A DNA stretch of 26,700 bases from the NCBI RefSeq assembly GCF_006345805.1, contig NW_021834723.1, positions 1 to 26,700 on the forward strand. Reading direction: 5' to 3'. The notes below the pieces were generated by a model. It was not told the origin of the DNA. It ran no database searches and saw only the letters and a program-made list of their open reading frames with translations. The translations under genes were made by a program, and so were the position numbers. The number at the start of each line of letters is the position of its first letter. Position 1 is the stretch's first letter. Below, piece by piece: positions 1 to 11,409 of this stretch. This DNA is from Octopus sinensis (Eukaryota).

Positions 1-100
1 TTGAAACGATTGACAAAGTTATATATACTATATATATATATATATATATTGGTAGTTTACATGAAGTCCCATATACAAGTATACGTATTTATGTATGTAT

Positions 101-215
101 ATCACCGTGGACCCGACCAGGCTATCAGATGTTGCTACACATCGCTGGTCACAATGCGCTTCGCATGTTTTAGCCTTCAAATGACGCCAACCCGCTGGCT
201 AAACGAGCAGGCCAA
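101..215 (-). mobile_element. 3' part of an octopus tRNA-derived SINE, truncated; probably related to the family at 13937-14291
   Basis: GC-richer island (atcaccgtggacccgaccaggctatcagatgttgctacacatcgctggtc...gagcaggccaa) between microsatellites. I recognise it from memory as a high-copy octopus SINE body in reverse orientation; no second copy of this segment in the window. Confidence 0.5.
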
Positions 216-539
216 TATATATATATATAATACTATATATATAGATAATATATATGTTATGTGTGTGTGTTGTGTGTGTATTGTATGTGTGTGTGTGTGT
301 GTGTTTTAAGTAGATATATGTATCTAGTATGATACATAGAATTGTATACGGATTTGTATTTGCATGTGCGTCTGTGTCTATGTTTACATATACACGCGCA
401 AAGATTAATGGATGCAGAAAATTACAAATTCAAAGAAGTGACATTATCACACACATGTACAATCATAGAATTGTATTGATAAAGAAACAATAACGAGAAA
501 CAGTGAGCGAAGAGGTAAGCAGTGTGTGTGCACATGAAG

Positions 540-551
540 AGAAGACAGAAT

Positions 552-588
<37 letters not shown>

Positions 589-782
589 GGAGTACGTTCG
601 ATTTGGATAGAAAGTTAAATCTACAGAGAGAGAGGGGGGGAGAAAGAGAGAGGGGTAGGGAGAGAGAAAGGGAGAGAGAGAAAGAGTGGGAGAGATCGAG
701 AAACAGAAAATTAGAAAATTATTGTGATACATGCATAAAATGAATAGAGACCGGAAAAGAGAAGAAAAGGTATAAAAGAGGG

Positions 783-838
<56 letters not shown>

Positions 839-960
839 GAGAGGAAGAGAGAGAGGTAGTGAAAGAGTGAGGGAAAGAGAGAGAATTAGGGAGAGAAATA
901 GTGAGAGGCAGAGAGAGTGGGAGAGAAAGAGTGAGATAGAGAGAGAGAGTCTTAGAGAAC
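540..960. repeat. GA-rich polypurine tract with an embedded (TG)n/(AG)n junction near 786-838
   Basis: Direct reading of (GA)n, degenerate GAGA/GGGA runs and (TG)n. Confidence 0.95.
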
Positions 961-1189
961 GCTAGACAGAGGGGTAGAGCAAGTGCAAGATTAGCGCATT
1001 AGCTAATCTCCTTAACACACTTATTATTAAAGTAGTTTATTGTAAAAATAGAATACAATAAGTTAAATCCGATTACGTTTGATTCATTTTGTGAAAATCA
1101 AGCAAAATACAACGCAAAATACATTCTGACGGATTTTTGGTAAAAGGGGGTTTATAATCGACCGAAAACATAAGCAAAATAGGACTTAT

Positions 1190-1210
1190 ATATATACATA
1201 CATACATGTA

Positions 1211-1246
<36 letters not shown>

Positions 1247-1250
1247 TATC

Positions 1251-1305
<55 letters not shown>

Positions 1306-1307
1306 AC

Positions 1308-1340
<33 letters not shown>

Positions 1341-1380
1341 CATTACATATATATATATTATATATATATATATATATGTA
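1190..1380. repeat. (TA)n/(TACA)n compound microsatellite
   Basis: Direct reading. Confidence 0.95.
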
Positions 1381-1382
1381 TA

Positions 1383-1842
1383 GTCTTGGTATAAAAGACG
1401 GGCTACAGCAAATGTTCTGCTCAATACCTATTTCTTTATTACACACAAGGGGCTAAACACAGAGGGGACAAACAAGGACAGACATAGGTATTAAGTCGAT
1501 TACATCGACCCCAGTGCGTAACTGGTACTTAATTTATCGACCCCGAAAGGATGAAAGGCAAAGTCGACCCCGGCGGAATTTGAACTCACAACGTAACGCA
1601 GACGAAATACCGCTAATCATTTCTCCTGGCGCGCTCAATACCACAGATTTGCTTGTCAGTTGTTTGACCGTAACCAGTCGACCATGTCCCTTAGTAACTG
1701 ATGATTTGTGCATCTCTGATCACGAGCAAAAGTAGTGGGGGAGCTTCATAGCCATGTGTTGCGAGGGATTCTTTGTGGTTTGAATAATTCACCTCTGGAA
1801 ACATGCGTGTTTCGTTCAACATCTTTAAACAGCCCTTATTTA
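1383..1842 (-). mobile_element. Octopus interspersed repeat (SINE-like), split by a younger SINE into 1383-1428 and 1643-1842
   Basis: Sequence reads continuously across the insertion (...aatgttctGCTCAATACC | acagatttgcttgtc...) once 1429-1642 is removed. Family recognition is from memory of octopus repeats. Confidence 0.6.
1429..1632 (-). mobile_element. tRNA-derived SINE, 5'-truncated, with 10-bp TSD GCTCAATACC
   Basis: Minus strand has a B-box-like gagttcaaattcc followed by the core gtcgactttgcctttcatcctttcggggtcgataaattaagtaccag. TSD at 1419-1428 and 1633-1642. Related copies at 18352-18510 and 19290-19440. Confidence 0.85.
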
Positions 1843-2217
1843 AACAACCGCTACATCATTGTCAGTTTACACAATCATGTTATTGGGGCTGAGGTTGTTT
1901 CTGGTCCTTATGCAGGATCAACTTTGGTAATCCCAAGAATACCATAAGTACCTCAAGAAATGGAATTTCCATTCACATTTACACGCAAACAATTTCCTGT
2001 CAGGCCAACTTTTGCCTTGAGGTGTAATAAAGTACAGGGACAGACTTTTGAACAAATTGGAATATCTTTTCCGACACAATTCTTCTCAGATGGTCAGCAG
2101 TATGTTGCATTATTTAGAGTTCGAAAGATGGCTAATGTAATGTTCGAAAGATTGGCTGAGAGAAATGGAAACAATATGATTACTGACAATTGTGTGTACA
2201 ACGAGATACTACTTTAA
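1843..2217 (+). pseudogene. Helitron Rep/helicase C-terminal (PIF1-like helicase) fragment, one in-frame stop
   Basis: One frame reads RYIIVSLHNHVIGAEVVSGPYAGSTLVIPRIP*VPQEMEFPFTFTRKQFPVRPTFALRCNKVQGQTFEQIGISFPTQFFSDGQQYVALFRV...ITDNCVYNEILL*. This matches the Helitron PIF1 pattern IPRIPL..P..F.R.QFP...AFAMTINKSQGQT..G......FSHGQLYVA.SRV...NVVY.E.L. Stop TAA at 1945-1947; conserved motif residues are degraded. Confidence 0.9.
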
Positions 2218-2427
2218 AGCAAAACATGCTTTTTAGCAAGTCTCAGTAAATACAGTTAACACAAATTTTATGTAAAGTAACAAATATTTGCGAGTGATAA
2301 AATTGTTTTGGCATATTTCAACACATGCTGGATGAACGATATCGTTATATCAGATAATTTAAAATTTTGGTATATTTGTAAAAGTATGGAAGCGCCATTC
2401 CCACGTGTCTCACAGCACCAGACATTT

Positions 2428-2668
2428 GTGTGTGTGTATGTGTGTGTGGTGTGTGTGTGTGTGTGTGTGTGTGTGAGTCTGTGTGTATCCATCCATCCAT
2501 CCATCCATTCATCTATCCATCTGTCTATCGATATGTCTGTCTGCCTGTCTACGTATGTATGTATGTATGTATGTATGTATGTATGTATGTATGTATGTAT
2601 GTATGTATGTATGTATGTATGTATCTATCTATCTATCTATCTATCTATCCATCTATCTATGCATACCT
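2428..2668. repeat. Compound microsatellite (TG)n-(CATC)n-(TATG)n-(TATC)n
   Basis: Direct reading. Confidence 0.95.
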
Positions 2669-3776
2669 ATGTAAGTTCTACCAATTATTAATAATGAACA
2701 TATATAACAGATTGTCTCAGCTATGTATCTACATATAAATTTCAGTGATGTCCGTTAGTTAGTCAGTCACACTCTCCATAAAAGCCATAGAGATTTGACA
2801 CTCTGGAAAATTTTTATAAATTCCTCTGTTAATATATATCAATAAAAAGGCTCTTTGGAAGTGTCTGTTATTATTTACTATCACAAATCTAAATATCTGT
2901 TGCCAAGCTTTATGTTCACTGTAGAGTAGGTTTTAACATTTGATAATCAATATTAATATGTTCTGGCAATTTTTTGTTTGTTTTCATTTGCACCACAGTC
3001 TCTCACATTCTGTCTCTTCTACCAATTTTTTTCATTAATAATAATCTACTTCATATATATTCATTGGAATTTTTTCTTTTCAAGTTTTATTTCGTTATTT
3101 CAGATGAAGAAGTCAGGTATTTTCTTGAGTTAAATTCGCTCGCTGTCTAAATGCCCTCAGTTTATTGTTTTTTTCATACTGAAAATAAATTATATTGTAC
3201 AACTTATTAAAACTTACTGGAGCTTCGAACTCATGTAGTTTATTTCCTTTTCGTTGTTATCTAAGAATTAACAAGTGAATTTGTTCCTGTGGCTATTTGA
3301 TACACTATATGTATTAAAAATTCTCTATGTGATCGCAGCTGTTTTTTTGCACATTAAACGTAATTGGGCTACATTGATGTTTGTTTAAAAAGAAAGAGAT
3401 GATGAGTGTGATAAAATAATGAAAGCAATATTTACTGAGCTAGTGAGCACTATGATACGAGAAAATCATTAGACTTAAAATATCATAAAAATTATTAGAA
3501 TTGGGAATCAAATGTGGAAATGTTATCGAGCGGCTAGCAGAAAACCACCCGGAAGGCGATCTTTCTGCTGTACATATAATAATGAAATGATAAATAAACA
3601 GTATGCACGGTATACACTGGAAAAAGAAGAGACATATGCATAGCATACAAATATAAAAAAGGTGGGAATGATTGATATGTGACTCTCCGGATACAGGAAT
3701 AATCGATGAACCCCACTGTCCAAGGTTTCCCTGAAACCCCATGAGCAAGTACCCTCCCCAGTTCCTTCTCTTCGAC

Positions 3777-4069
3777 TTACAAGTCTACACTTAGAGAGGT
3801 ACACACCACTCTTGCCATTTTTGCAACTTTCAGCCAAATTTCAATAAACTCACTCGAGGACAGCACTTTGCTCTCCACTCTCAATTTCCTTTTCAAGTTA
3901 AATTTGAAAAAGTCAACGAGAGTTCTACCAAAGAGGAATGTATCCGTCCTCGTGTCTTTCAGCCTTTCCACTGAACAACCTCTTTCGCCACAGCCACCAC
4001 GAAAAGGAAAACTACCTCGCCTGCCCGACTGGCAGACGTATCACAGGGATTAAAAAGCCGGGTTATCCG
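3777..4069 (-). mobile_element. L1/Tx1-clade LINE ORF2 C-terminal fragment (5'-truncated, frameshifted); 3' UTR probably extends toward ~3500
   Basis: Minus strand gives RAGEVVFLFVVAVAKEVVQW / RLKDTRTDTFLFGRTLVDFFKFNLKRKLRVESKVLSSSEFIEIWLKVAKMARVVCTSLSVDL*. This aligns by eye with the C-terminus of the LINE at 9887-10599 (GRAIFIILVAMAKECIWWTRLK...TFLSG..LINFFKYHLKRKVRVERQVLSSECF..RWVNV..MA...TLSIVL*). Confidence 0.85.
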
Positions 4070-4167
4070 TGTGTTAAAATTTATCAAACCTGTGTATAGG
4101 TAGGTGTGTTTGTATCTGTGTATCTATGTGTGTATGTGCATGCGTGTGTACATATCTATTTAAATAT

Positions 4168-4520
4168 CTACCTACCTACCTACCTACCTACCTACCTACC
4201 TACCTACCTACCTACCTACCTACCTACCTACCTGCCTACCTACCTACCTACCTACCTACCTAACTACCTACCTACCTATCTACATACCTACCTATCTACC
4301 TACCTACCTATCTACCTACCTACCTATCTACCTACCTACCTATCTACCTACCTATCTATCTATCTATCTATCTATCTTTCTATATTTCTATTATCTATTT
4401 AGCTATCTACTATCTGTCTATCTGTCTGTCTGTCTATCTATTTTTCCATCTATATATCTATCTGTCTGTTTGTCTGTTTATCTATTTGTCTGTTTATCTA
4501 TTTGTCTGTCTGTCTGTCTA
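4168..4520. repeat. Compound tetranucleotide microsatellite (CTAC)n grading into (CTAT)n and (CTGT)n
   Basis: Direct reading. Confidence 0.95.
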
Positions 4521-4831
4521 TATGGATACATAAACACACGTATATGTGCATGTATACATTTGCATACGTATATACAAATATATGTGAACACACATACACA
4601 CTCCGCTTCCTGTGAGGGTAGTTCATCGGCTTAGTGGCATTTATTTGGCACCAACTTGAAGCTGGTACCGATTACCAACAAGTATTTGTTCTCCGGAAAG
4701 GGAGATAATTTCGTTATATGTTATTTAATTTACCTTCAGTCGTGTTTCATGTTAATATACATGACACTATCAACTATCAGTTATGCCTCTTAGGTCATTT
4801 CCACTTTCATGCGTATATGTGTATACATGTA

Positions 4832-4890
<59 letters not shown>

Positions 4891-4990
4891 TTATTACATG
4901 TTATATATGTATATATATAGAGAGATAGATAGATATATGTATATGTATATATAAATAAATATACACGAATATAAAAGTACATATATGAGT

Positions 4991-5026
<36 letters not shown>

Positions 5027-5114
5027 GTATATATTTAAATACGTATTCAGATATAAAATATCTATATATGTCTATACGTCAATATATAATTTTCCGTCAT
5101 CATCTCTCCACGAA

Positions 5115-5145
<31 letters not shown>

Positions 5146-5146
5146 G

Positions 5147-5182
<36 letters not shown>

Positions 5183-5336
5183 CGGGAGAGGGGCGAGAGA
5201 GAGGAAGGAGAATATTAGCTTAGTTTCTGCCTTGCCAAAGAATGTCCGTCTACAGGAACTGAATGTAATATTGTCAAATAGCTGAGGAACAAATGCAAAT
5301 TAAGGGAATAAAAAAAAAACAACAACACCTACTCCC

Positions 5337-5338
<2 letters not shown>

Positions 5339-5391
<53 letters not shown>

Positions 5392-5424
5392 TTAATCATA
5401 ATGATGATGATGATGATGATGATG

Positions 5425-5461
<37 letters not shown>

Positions 5462-5484
5462 TAGTAGCAGCAGCAGCAGCAGCA
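5339..5484. repeat. Compound trinucleotide microsatellite (AAT)n-(GAT)n-(AAT)n-(GCA)n
   Basis: Direct reading. Confidence 0.95.
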
Positions 5485-5966
5485 TTACAACGAGATAACG
5501 CTAAATAGAAATTCAGAGCGGAACGGTGGCCGCCATTATTCTGTATGTTTCAAATTTGTTACTAAGATGCTTTTAGCGAAATTATTGCCCTGCACTCGTA
5601 TACAATTCTGTGTTTTTTTTTACTCTAAACAATTTATGTATTATTTTTCTTTATTATTCTGTTGAGTTATAGTTCTTTATTTTTTTTTTTGCTTTGTTTT
5701 TGCTTTCTGTTATGTGTTATAAGCAGTTTAGTAGTTTTTTGTTGTAAACTGTTTAGTTTCTGTTTTAGTTTTTTTTTCTGGTTTTCTTTGAATTTGTTTT
5801 TGCTTGGGGGAAGCTTTGTTTCCCCACTCCCGTTCCATTTCCAATCCAAAATGATTTTTTAGGCAGTGAGATCCACGGTTTTTGTGCATGTGTAATAATA
5901 AGAATAAAAGTAAAAATTATCATAAGAATATTGAAAAAAGCAATAATAGAAGCAATTGACGGCGTG

Positions 5967-5983
5967 CATCTATCTATCAATCA

Positions 5984-6078
<95 letters not shown>

Positions 6079-6085
6079 AATCAAC

Positions 6086-6159
<74 letters not shown>

Positions 6160-6165
6160 GTCTAT
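5967..6165. repeat. (TATC)n microsatellite, about 190 bp
   Basis: Direct reading. Confidence 0.97.
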
Positions 6166-6280
6166 GCATATATATATACTTTCATATGCATATATATTAT
6201 TGTGTCTATGCATATGTATCTATCTATATATGTATGTAATATAATATATATGTGTGTGTGTGTGTATGTATAGATATATG

Positions 6281-6324
<44 letters not shown>

Positions 6325-6883
6325 ATAATATATATATGTTGTGTGTGTGTGTGTATGTATGCATGTATGTTTATTCGAATACAAGTGGAAAATAAATGAT
6401 AAAAATCTATAAGTGAATGGAAGTATAACAAATGTTTTCTTGTTTTTAATGTTCTAACACATTGAGTTCTTTTATTCAGCTGTGTTTATATTTTATTCCA
6501 TTCCTTCATTCCCTCATTCCTCTATTCACAGTTAATATTCAGAGTGCCATTGCTAGTTCACAGCTCACAAAACCAAAACTACTTTACTCCTCGCCATTTT
6601 ATTACAAAAGCTCAGTTATTCATATTACTATTGTGCTTTCGGATTTCTTTAGATATTTTTACAATGACAAAGCTACATAATATTTCGAAAGTTGCTTTTA
6701 AATTAAAACTCCAGAAATCTATTAATATATACTGACGTCACTGTTTTGTAGGCGTCGTTAATCCTATCCCAACATTCGTCATAAATTCAAGATGCTGCCG
6801 GTTTTTATGACTTCGCCATGTTTTCTCACTCTTCTTTAAATCAAGATAACGGGAGTGGATTCTTTTTTGATATATAATTGTGT

Positions 6884-7098
6884 AGTCTGTTAGAAATAGC
6901 AGTCAAATCTCCCTCAAAATCACAATCTTTCGTCTTATAAATAAACACGTTGGATAATAACATCGTCATAGTTTCGCTGTGAAAAGACGGGATGATCACA
7001 GATGGAATGTCTTTGAACATAAGATTGTTTGATTAAGTTTGACATGGGGCTTAACAACAACAACAACAACAACAATACAACAACAACAACAACAACAA
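6884..7098 (+). mobile_element. Old retroposon 3' end with (AAC)n tail
   Basis: tagaaatagcagtcaaatctccctcaaa...gggatgatc...ggaatgtctttg...tgacatggggcttaa(caa)n. The same motifs recur at ~8294-8370, ~8478-8700 and ~20820-21045, and reversed at ~7330-7395. Confidence 0.65.
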
Positions 7099-7384
7099 AA
7101 CTATCTTTTATGTTGTCTCTTTTAATTAAGTACGCACAACTTCCTGTATTGTTATAGCTGTTGTTTTGATCCTCCATGTTTGAACAAGCCTAGATTATCA
7201 AATGTAGCATTAGTATTTTTTTTTAGGACAGTAGGTTTTCTAAGAGTAATATAGCTGTTATTTCTTGTAGGCCGTCTGACAACGTAGACATTCCCTTTTT
7301 GGCTCTTAAGTATCTAATAAATTATTGCTAAATTTTATTCCCAGGTCATCTTTGATTCAGCTGCCTTATGATTAAATGTATTCC

Positions 7385-7525
7385 AAATAAACCATCTACA
7401 ACTTTGTCTCACAAATAAATCCTTCTACAGCCTGGCTTTACGAATAAATATTTTAAAACCTGCTCCATAATACATCTTCTGCAGCCTTTACCTTAAACAT
7501 AAACCTTGTACAGACCTTGCCTTAC
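7385..7525. repeat. Degenerate ~28-bp tandem repeat, about 5 units (approx. AAATAAATCCTTCTACAGCCTTGCCTTAC)
   Basis: Units start near 7385, 7413, 7443, 7469 and 7497. Confidence 0.6.
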
Positions 7526-7904
7526 AGTTAAGTGTTCTTGCTTTATAACTTTCTACTACTCTGCTCTCTTGCTACGACTACCCGTGATGTCTACTGAATA
7601 ATTTAAAACTTAATATTATTAGTTCTCCTTTATCATTAAAATTCTATCGAGAATCGTACACTTAATTACTGTAATTAAAAATCGATTGCTTACTCTTCGT
7701 TTTCCTTTTTCTTCTTCTATTTGAAGTAATCGAAATGTAATTAGCAGATGCTGGATGCTAGTTCCAACCAACTTCTCTGTTCTGAGACAAAATATAAATA
7801 AAATAGTTTAATTGGGAAGATATTTTCGAAGACCTATTTGCCGTTTTATAGAAGCAAAAAGAATTCTGGGAAGAAAACAACTTTCAATTTAAATTAACGT
7901 TGAA

Positions 7905-8160
7905 ACGGCTCTAGTGGTTAAACATTTTGATTCGGAAACATATGGTTCCGTGTTCGATTTCAAACTGTGCGGTATTTTAATCCAGCGACCTTCTTCTAAA
8001 GGGTCGAGTAAAACTTTGTGAGGAAATAATTTGGAAGATGAACCCTGTGAATAGAATACTATGGTGGGTGTGGTAGTGAGAGAACTTGATATAATCGATT
8101 GAAAACTCTGTTAAAGGCATTGCTCCAGCATGGTCACAGCTTGAATAAAAGGGAATAATC
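7905..8160 (+). mobile_element. Highly decayed tRNA-derived SINE of the 24028-24424 family
   Basis: ggctctagtgg (A-box-like), catatggttccgtgttcga (cf. cacacggttccgggttcag), ctttgtgag, and the 3' motif ttaaaggcattgctccagcatggtcacag (cf. ttaaaggcggtgctccagcatggccgcag). Confidence 0.65.
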
Positions 8161-8293
8161 AAGCCTTCTTTAACAATACCATTGAATTCCATTTGGGCAG
8201 AGAACAAACGAAGTGTCTTGATTTTCTCAGATAAGATTTTGAATATTTAGAATATTTCTGACGACAACATTGGTCACTTCGATCTCATGATAG

Positions 8294-8700
8294 CACCACT
8301 GGGAGATCAGTCGATATGCTAAAATAGCAGCCAATTCTCCCTTAAATCTGTCTCTATCGTTTTAAAAACTACTCGACACAAAGAGAAGCGGGATGTCGAG
8401 AGATTTGCAAACAAAATAAAAGATTTGACATCCCGTGTTTAGAGACAATGAAAGAACCTTCACGTGGTTACATGATTTGTTAGAAATCACGGCCAAATCC
8501 CGCTTAAATAACACAGAATGGCCTTATAAGAGGAAGGATATATAGGATATATAGATATAGATTAACTATGTCTGACAATAAGACAAAATGGTCGACTTAT
8601 TGGAGTGACTTTTATCCTATCCTAGATGTGCTTTATGAATTAGAACACACTTGACTCTAAACAACATCCTTCAATGACGTATTACAATCAACTACCACAA
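8294..8700 (+). mobile_element. Decayed copy or copies of the (AAC)n-tailed retroposon family
   Basis: aaatagcagccaattctccct at ~8325 and tagaaatcacggccaaatccc at ~8480 resemble 6890-6915. Confidence 0.5.
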
Positions 8701-8751
8701 CCACAAGAGCTACAGATTCCAACACTAACACCGTTTAAAGCAAGAACGTTC

Positions 8752-8991
8752 TACCACCACCACCACCTCCACCACCACCACCACTACAACCACCGTTACC
8801 ACCACCACCACCACCAACAATAACAACAACGCTATAACTACCACTTGAAACGCTGCCGTTAACATTAAAATGTAATATTCTATAAGGCACCAAGTCCATT
8901 ATCAACTACTACTACTACTACTACCACTACAACAACAACAAGAACTACTACTACTATTACTACCACCACCACCACCACCATAACCGCCACC

Positions 8992-9023
<32 letters not shown>

Positions 9024-9052
9024 CCACCACCATAACCGCCACCACCATCACC

Positions 9053-9093
<41 letters not shown>

Positions 9094-9235
9094 CATAACC
9101 GCCGCCACACCACCACCACCACCACCACACCACCACCACTACTACTATACTACTACTACTATACCACCACCACCGCCGCCACCACCCAACCACCACACCA
9201 CCACTACTATACTACTACTACTACTACTACTACAT
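8752..9235. repeat. (CCA)n/(CTA)n mosaic trinucleotide repeat with a 3-copy higher-order unit marked by TAACCG
   Basis: TAACCG at 8981, 9033 and 9096, interleaved with CCA and CTA runs. Confidence 0.9.
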
Positions 9236-9297
9236 AAGCGCAGCAACTATTTTATGACAACTACTAATACAATAGAAAAGATTTCCCTTGCAACTCC

Positions 9298-9331
<34 letters not shown>

Positions 9332-9782
9332 GCATCAGCATCATCACAACCGTCATCATCGCATTATCTGAGGCCTCATCAAAAATAACACTAACAGGAA
9401 ATGCAGCACGAAGAAAACGCATCAACTAATTAACAGCGACAACAACAACGGCAGCACCAACAGCAGCAGTAGTAGTAGTAGTAGCAGCAGCAGCAGCAGA
9501 GCTACTAGAACAACAGCAGCAGAAATAAAAACAAACATTAGCGATGTCTAAAGACAAACGACCAGCAAATACATAAAAAAGCTCATCAAGTATTGAAGAA
9601 GCACAAGGCAGAACCACGACCGCGGCGAAAACGAAAGCAACCTTCGTAAAGAGCCTGGAACATGCCATTGTCACCCTTGAACACAGCGGAAGTGACGCTA
9701 CAATGGTTAACTGTCTGCTGAGATGGAACATATATCAATCAATATGTCGGACATTTATGCGTTTGGATGATGTATGTGCGCA

Positions 9783-9886
<104 letters not shown>

Positions 9887-10806
9887 CGCGAGTGTCGCGT
9901 TGCTCTCAAGCAACTCTGCCGTCCTGGGTCGACCTTAAGTGACTTCAACACAACCAAAGCATTCTATAGGGGTTTAGTGGAGGGGAGGTACGACGACGAG
10001 CTCGGGGCGAACCTGGACGTCGACGAGGAGTACCTGACCCGCCTGTTCGGGACGACTTTCGGGCCAGGGCCATGGACAACTTCCAGAGATCCCTGGCCTG
10101 GCAGTGCTACCGAGAAGCGCTACCCGTTCGGGATAAGCTCTACAGACACGGCTCGAGAAACACGGGGCCGACCTGCCCGAGATGCGTCAGAGCGAGACGC
10201 GACGAAACCGTTCTGCACGCACTCGTTCAGTGTCCAACAATTTCCGACCTGTGGGCTTATGTCGAACAACTGCTGTCACGTGTGGGACGAGTCGGTTTAT
10301 CAGCTTGAGTCTATCGTCAATATTGTCACGCCTCCTTCCTTCAAACGGGAAGGAAGAGCTATTTTCATCATCCTTGTGGCTATGGCGAAAGAATGTATCT
10401 GGTGGACGCGTCTGAAGGATTGGAGACAAACACGTTCCTCTCTGGCAATCTCTCATCAACTTCTTCAAGTACCACTTGAAAAGGAAAGTGAGAGTAGAGA
10501 GGCAAGTTTTGTCTAGCGAATGTTTTAAAAAAAGATGGGTGAATGTAGGCAGGAATGGCAAGTATGAATGACGAAGCCACCTTGAGCATAGTCCTATGAC
10601 CCAGAAACGAAAACAGAGGAGTTGCTTATTTGCAAAAAAAAAAAAAAAAAAAAAAAAAAAGAAATATAAAATGTGACTTCATTGACGAGGTTACCGTGGT
10701 CTTTTCCGCAGGCTTTTCTTCCACGGGTAAACCTCACCTGTCCTCCCCTTTACACTTCATATTGACATTCTCGTGATAACGATCCCATTGATCATTTTTT
10801 TCCTCT

Positions 10807-10844
<38 letters not shown>

Positions 10845-10892
10845 CCCCTTATTTTTGTCCTCTTACGATCCCTTTGATCGAAACCTCCCCTT

Positions 10893-10926
<34 letters not shown>

Positions 10927-10993
10927 CCTTCAAAAGAAAAGCTCTACCTTGAATTTGTTCTTCTGTGTGCAGCCTGTGTGGCTAATAAAGAAA
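9887..10993 (+). mobile_element. 5'-truncated L1/Tx1-clade non-LTR retrotransposon: ORF2 C-terminus with CCHC zinc finger (9887-10599) plus 3' UTR
   Basis: Pieced across about 5 frameshifts: RECRVALKQLCRPG...LFGTTFGPG / MDNFQRSLAWQCYREALPVRDKLYRHG...CPRC...ETVLHALVQCP...LWAYVEQLL / ESIVNIV...AKECIWWTRLK / ...LINFFKYHLKRKVRVER...TLSIVL*. The LAW....ALPV and CxxC...ET..H....C motifs are typical of the zf-RVT region of L1/Tx1 ORF2. Abrupt GC/CpG rise. AATAAA at 10984-10989 at the extreme 3' end. Confidence 0.88.
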
Positions 10994-10995
10994 CA

Positions 10996-11039
10996 TATCT
11001 ATCTATCTATCTATCTGTCTGTCTGTCTGTCTGTCTGTG

Positions 11040-11117
<78 letters not shown>

Positions 11118-11185
11118 TTTGTTGTCTGTCTGTCTGTCTGTCTGTCTGTTGTCTATCTATATATCTATCTACCTATCTTCTATCT
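10996..11185. repeat. (TATC)n/(TGTC)n compound microsatellite, 3' flank of the LINE
   Basis: Direct reading; begins CA(TATC)5. Confidence 0.95.
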
Positions 11186-11366
11186 CTATCTATCTGTGTG
11201 TGTGTGTGCATGTTTGTATGTCTGTGTTTGTCCTCCTTACGTCGCTTGATACATGTAAAGAGACCGATAATAAGTACTAGTCTTAGAAAGAATGTGAAGT
11301 GGCTATCTATCTATCATGGCGATAGATTTATACACATACATACATAATACATATATATATATTATA

Positions 11367-11409
<43 letters not shown>

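Noticed and set aside
2212-2245. AAAGCA-aaaaca-TGCTTT hairpin after the Helitron stop as a 3' terminus
   Set aside because: Only 6 bp, AT-rich, and not followed by CTRR.
6733-6740. Perfect CRE palindrome TGACGTCA
   Set aside because: A single 8-mer is plausible by chance in 26.7 kb and has no supporting promoter context.
10633-10660. Poly(A) run as the LINE's 3' tail
   Set aside because: Element-like sequence with a hairpin and a terminal AATAAA continues for more than 300 bp downstream, so the run is internal to the 3' UTR.
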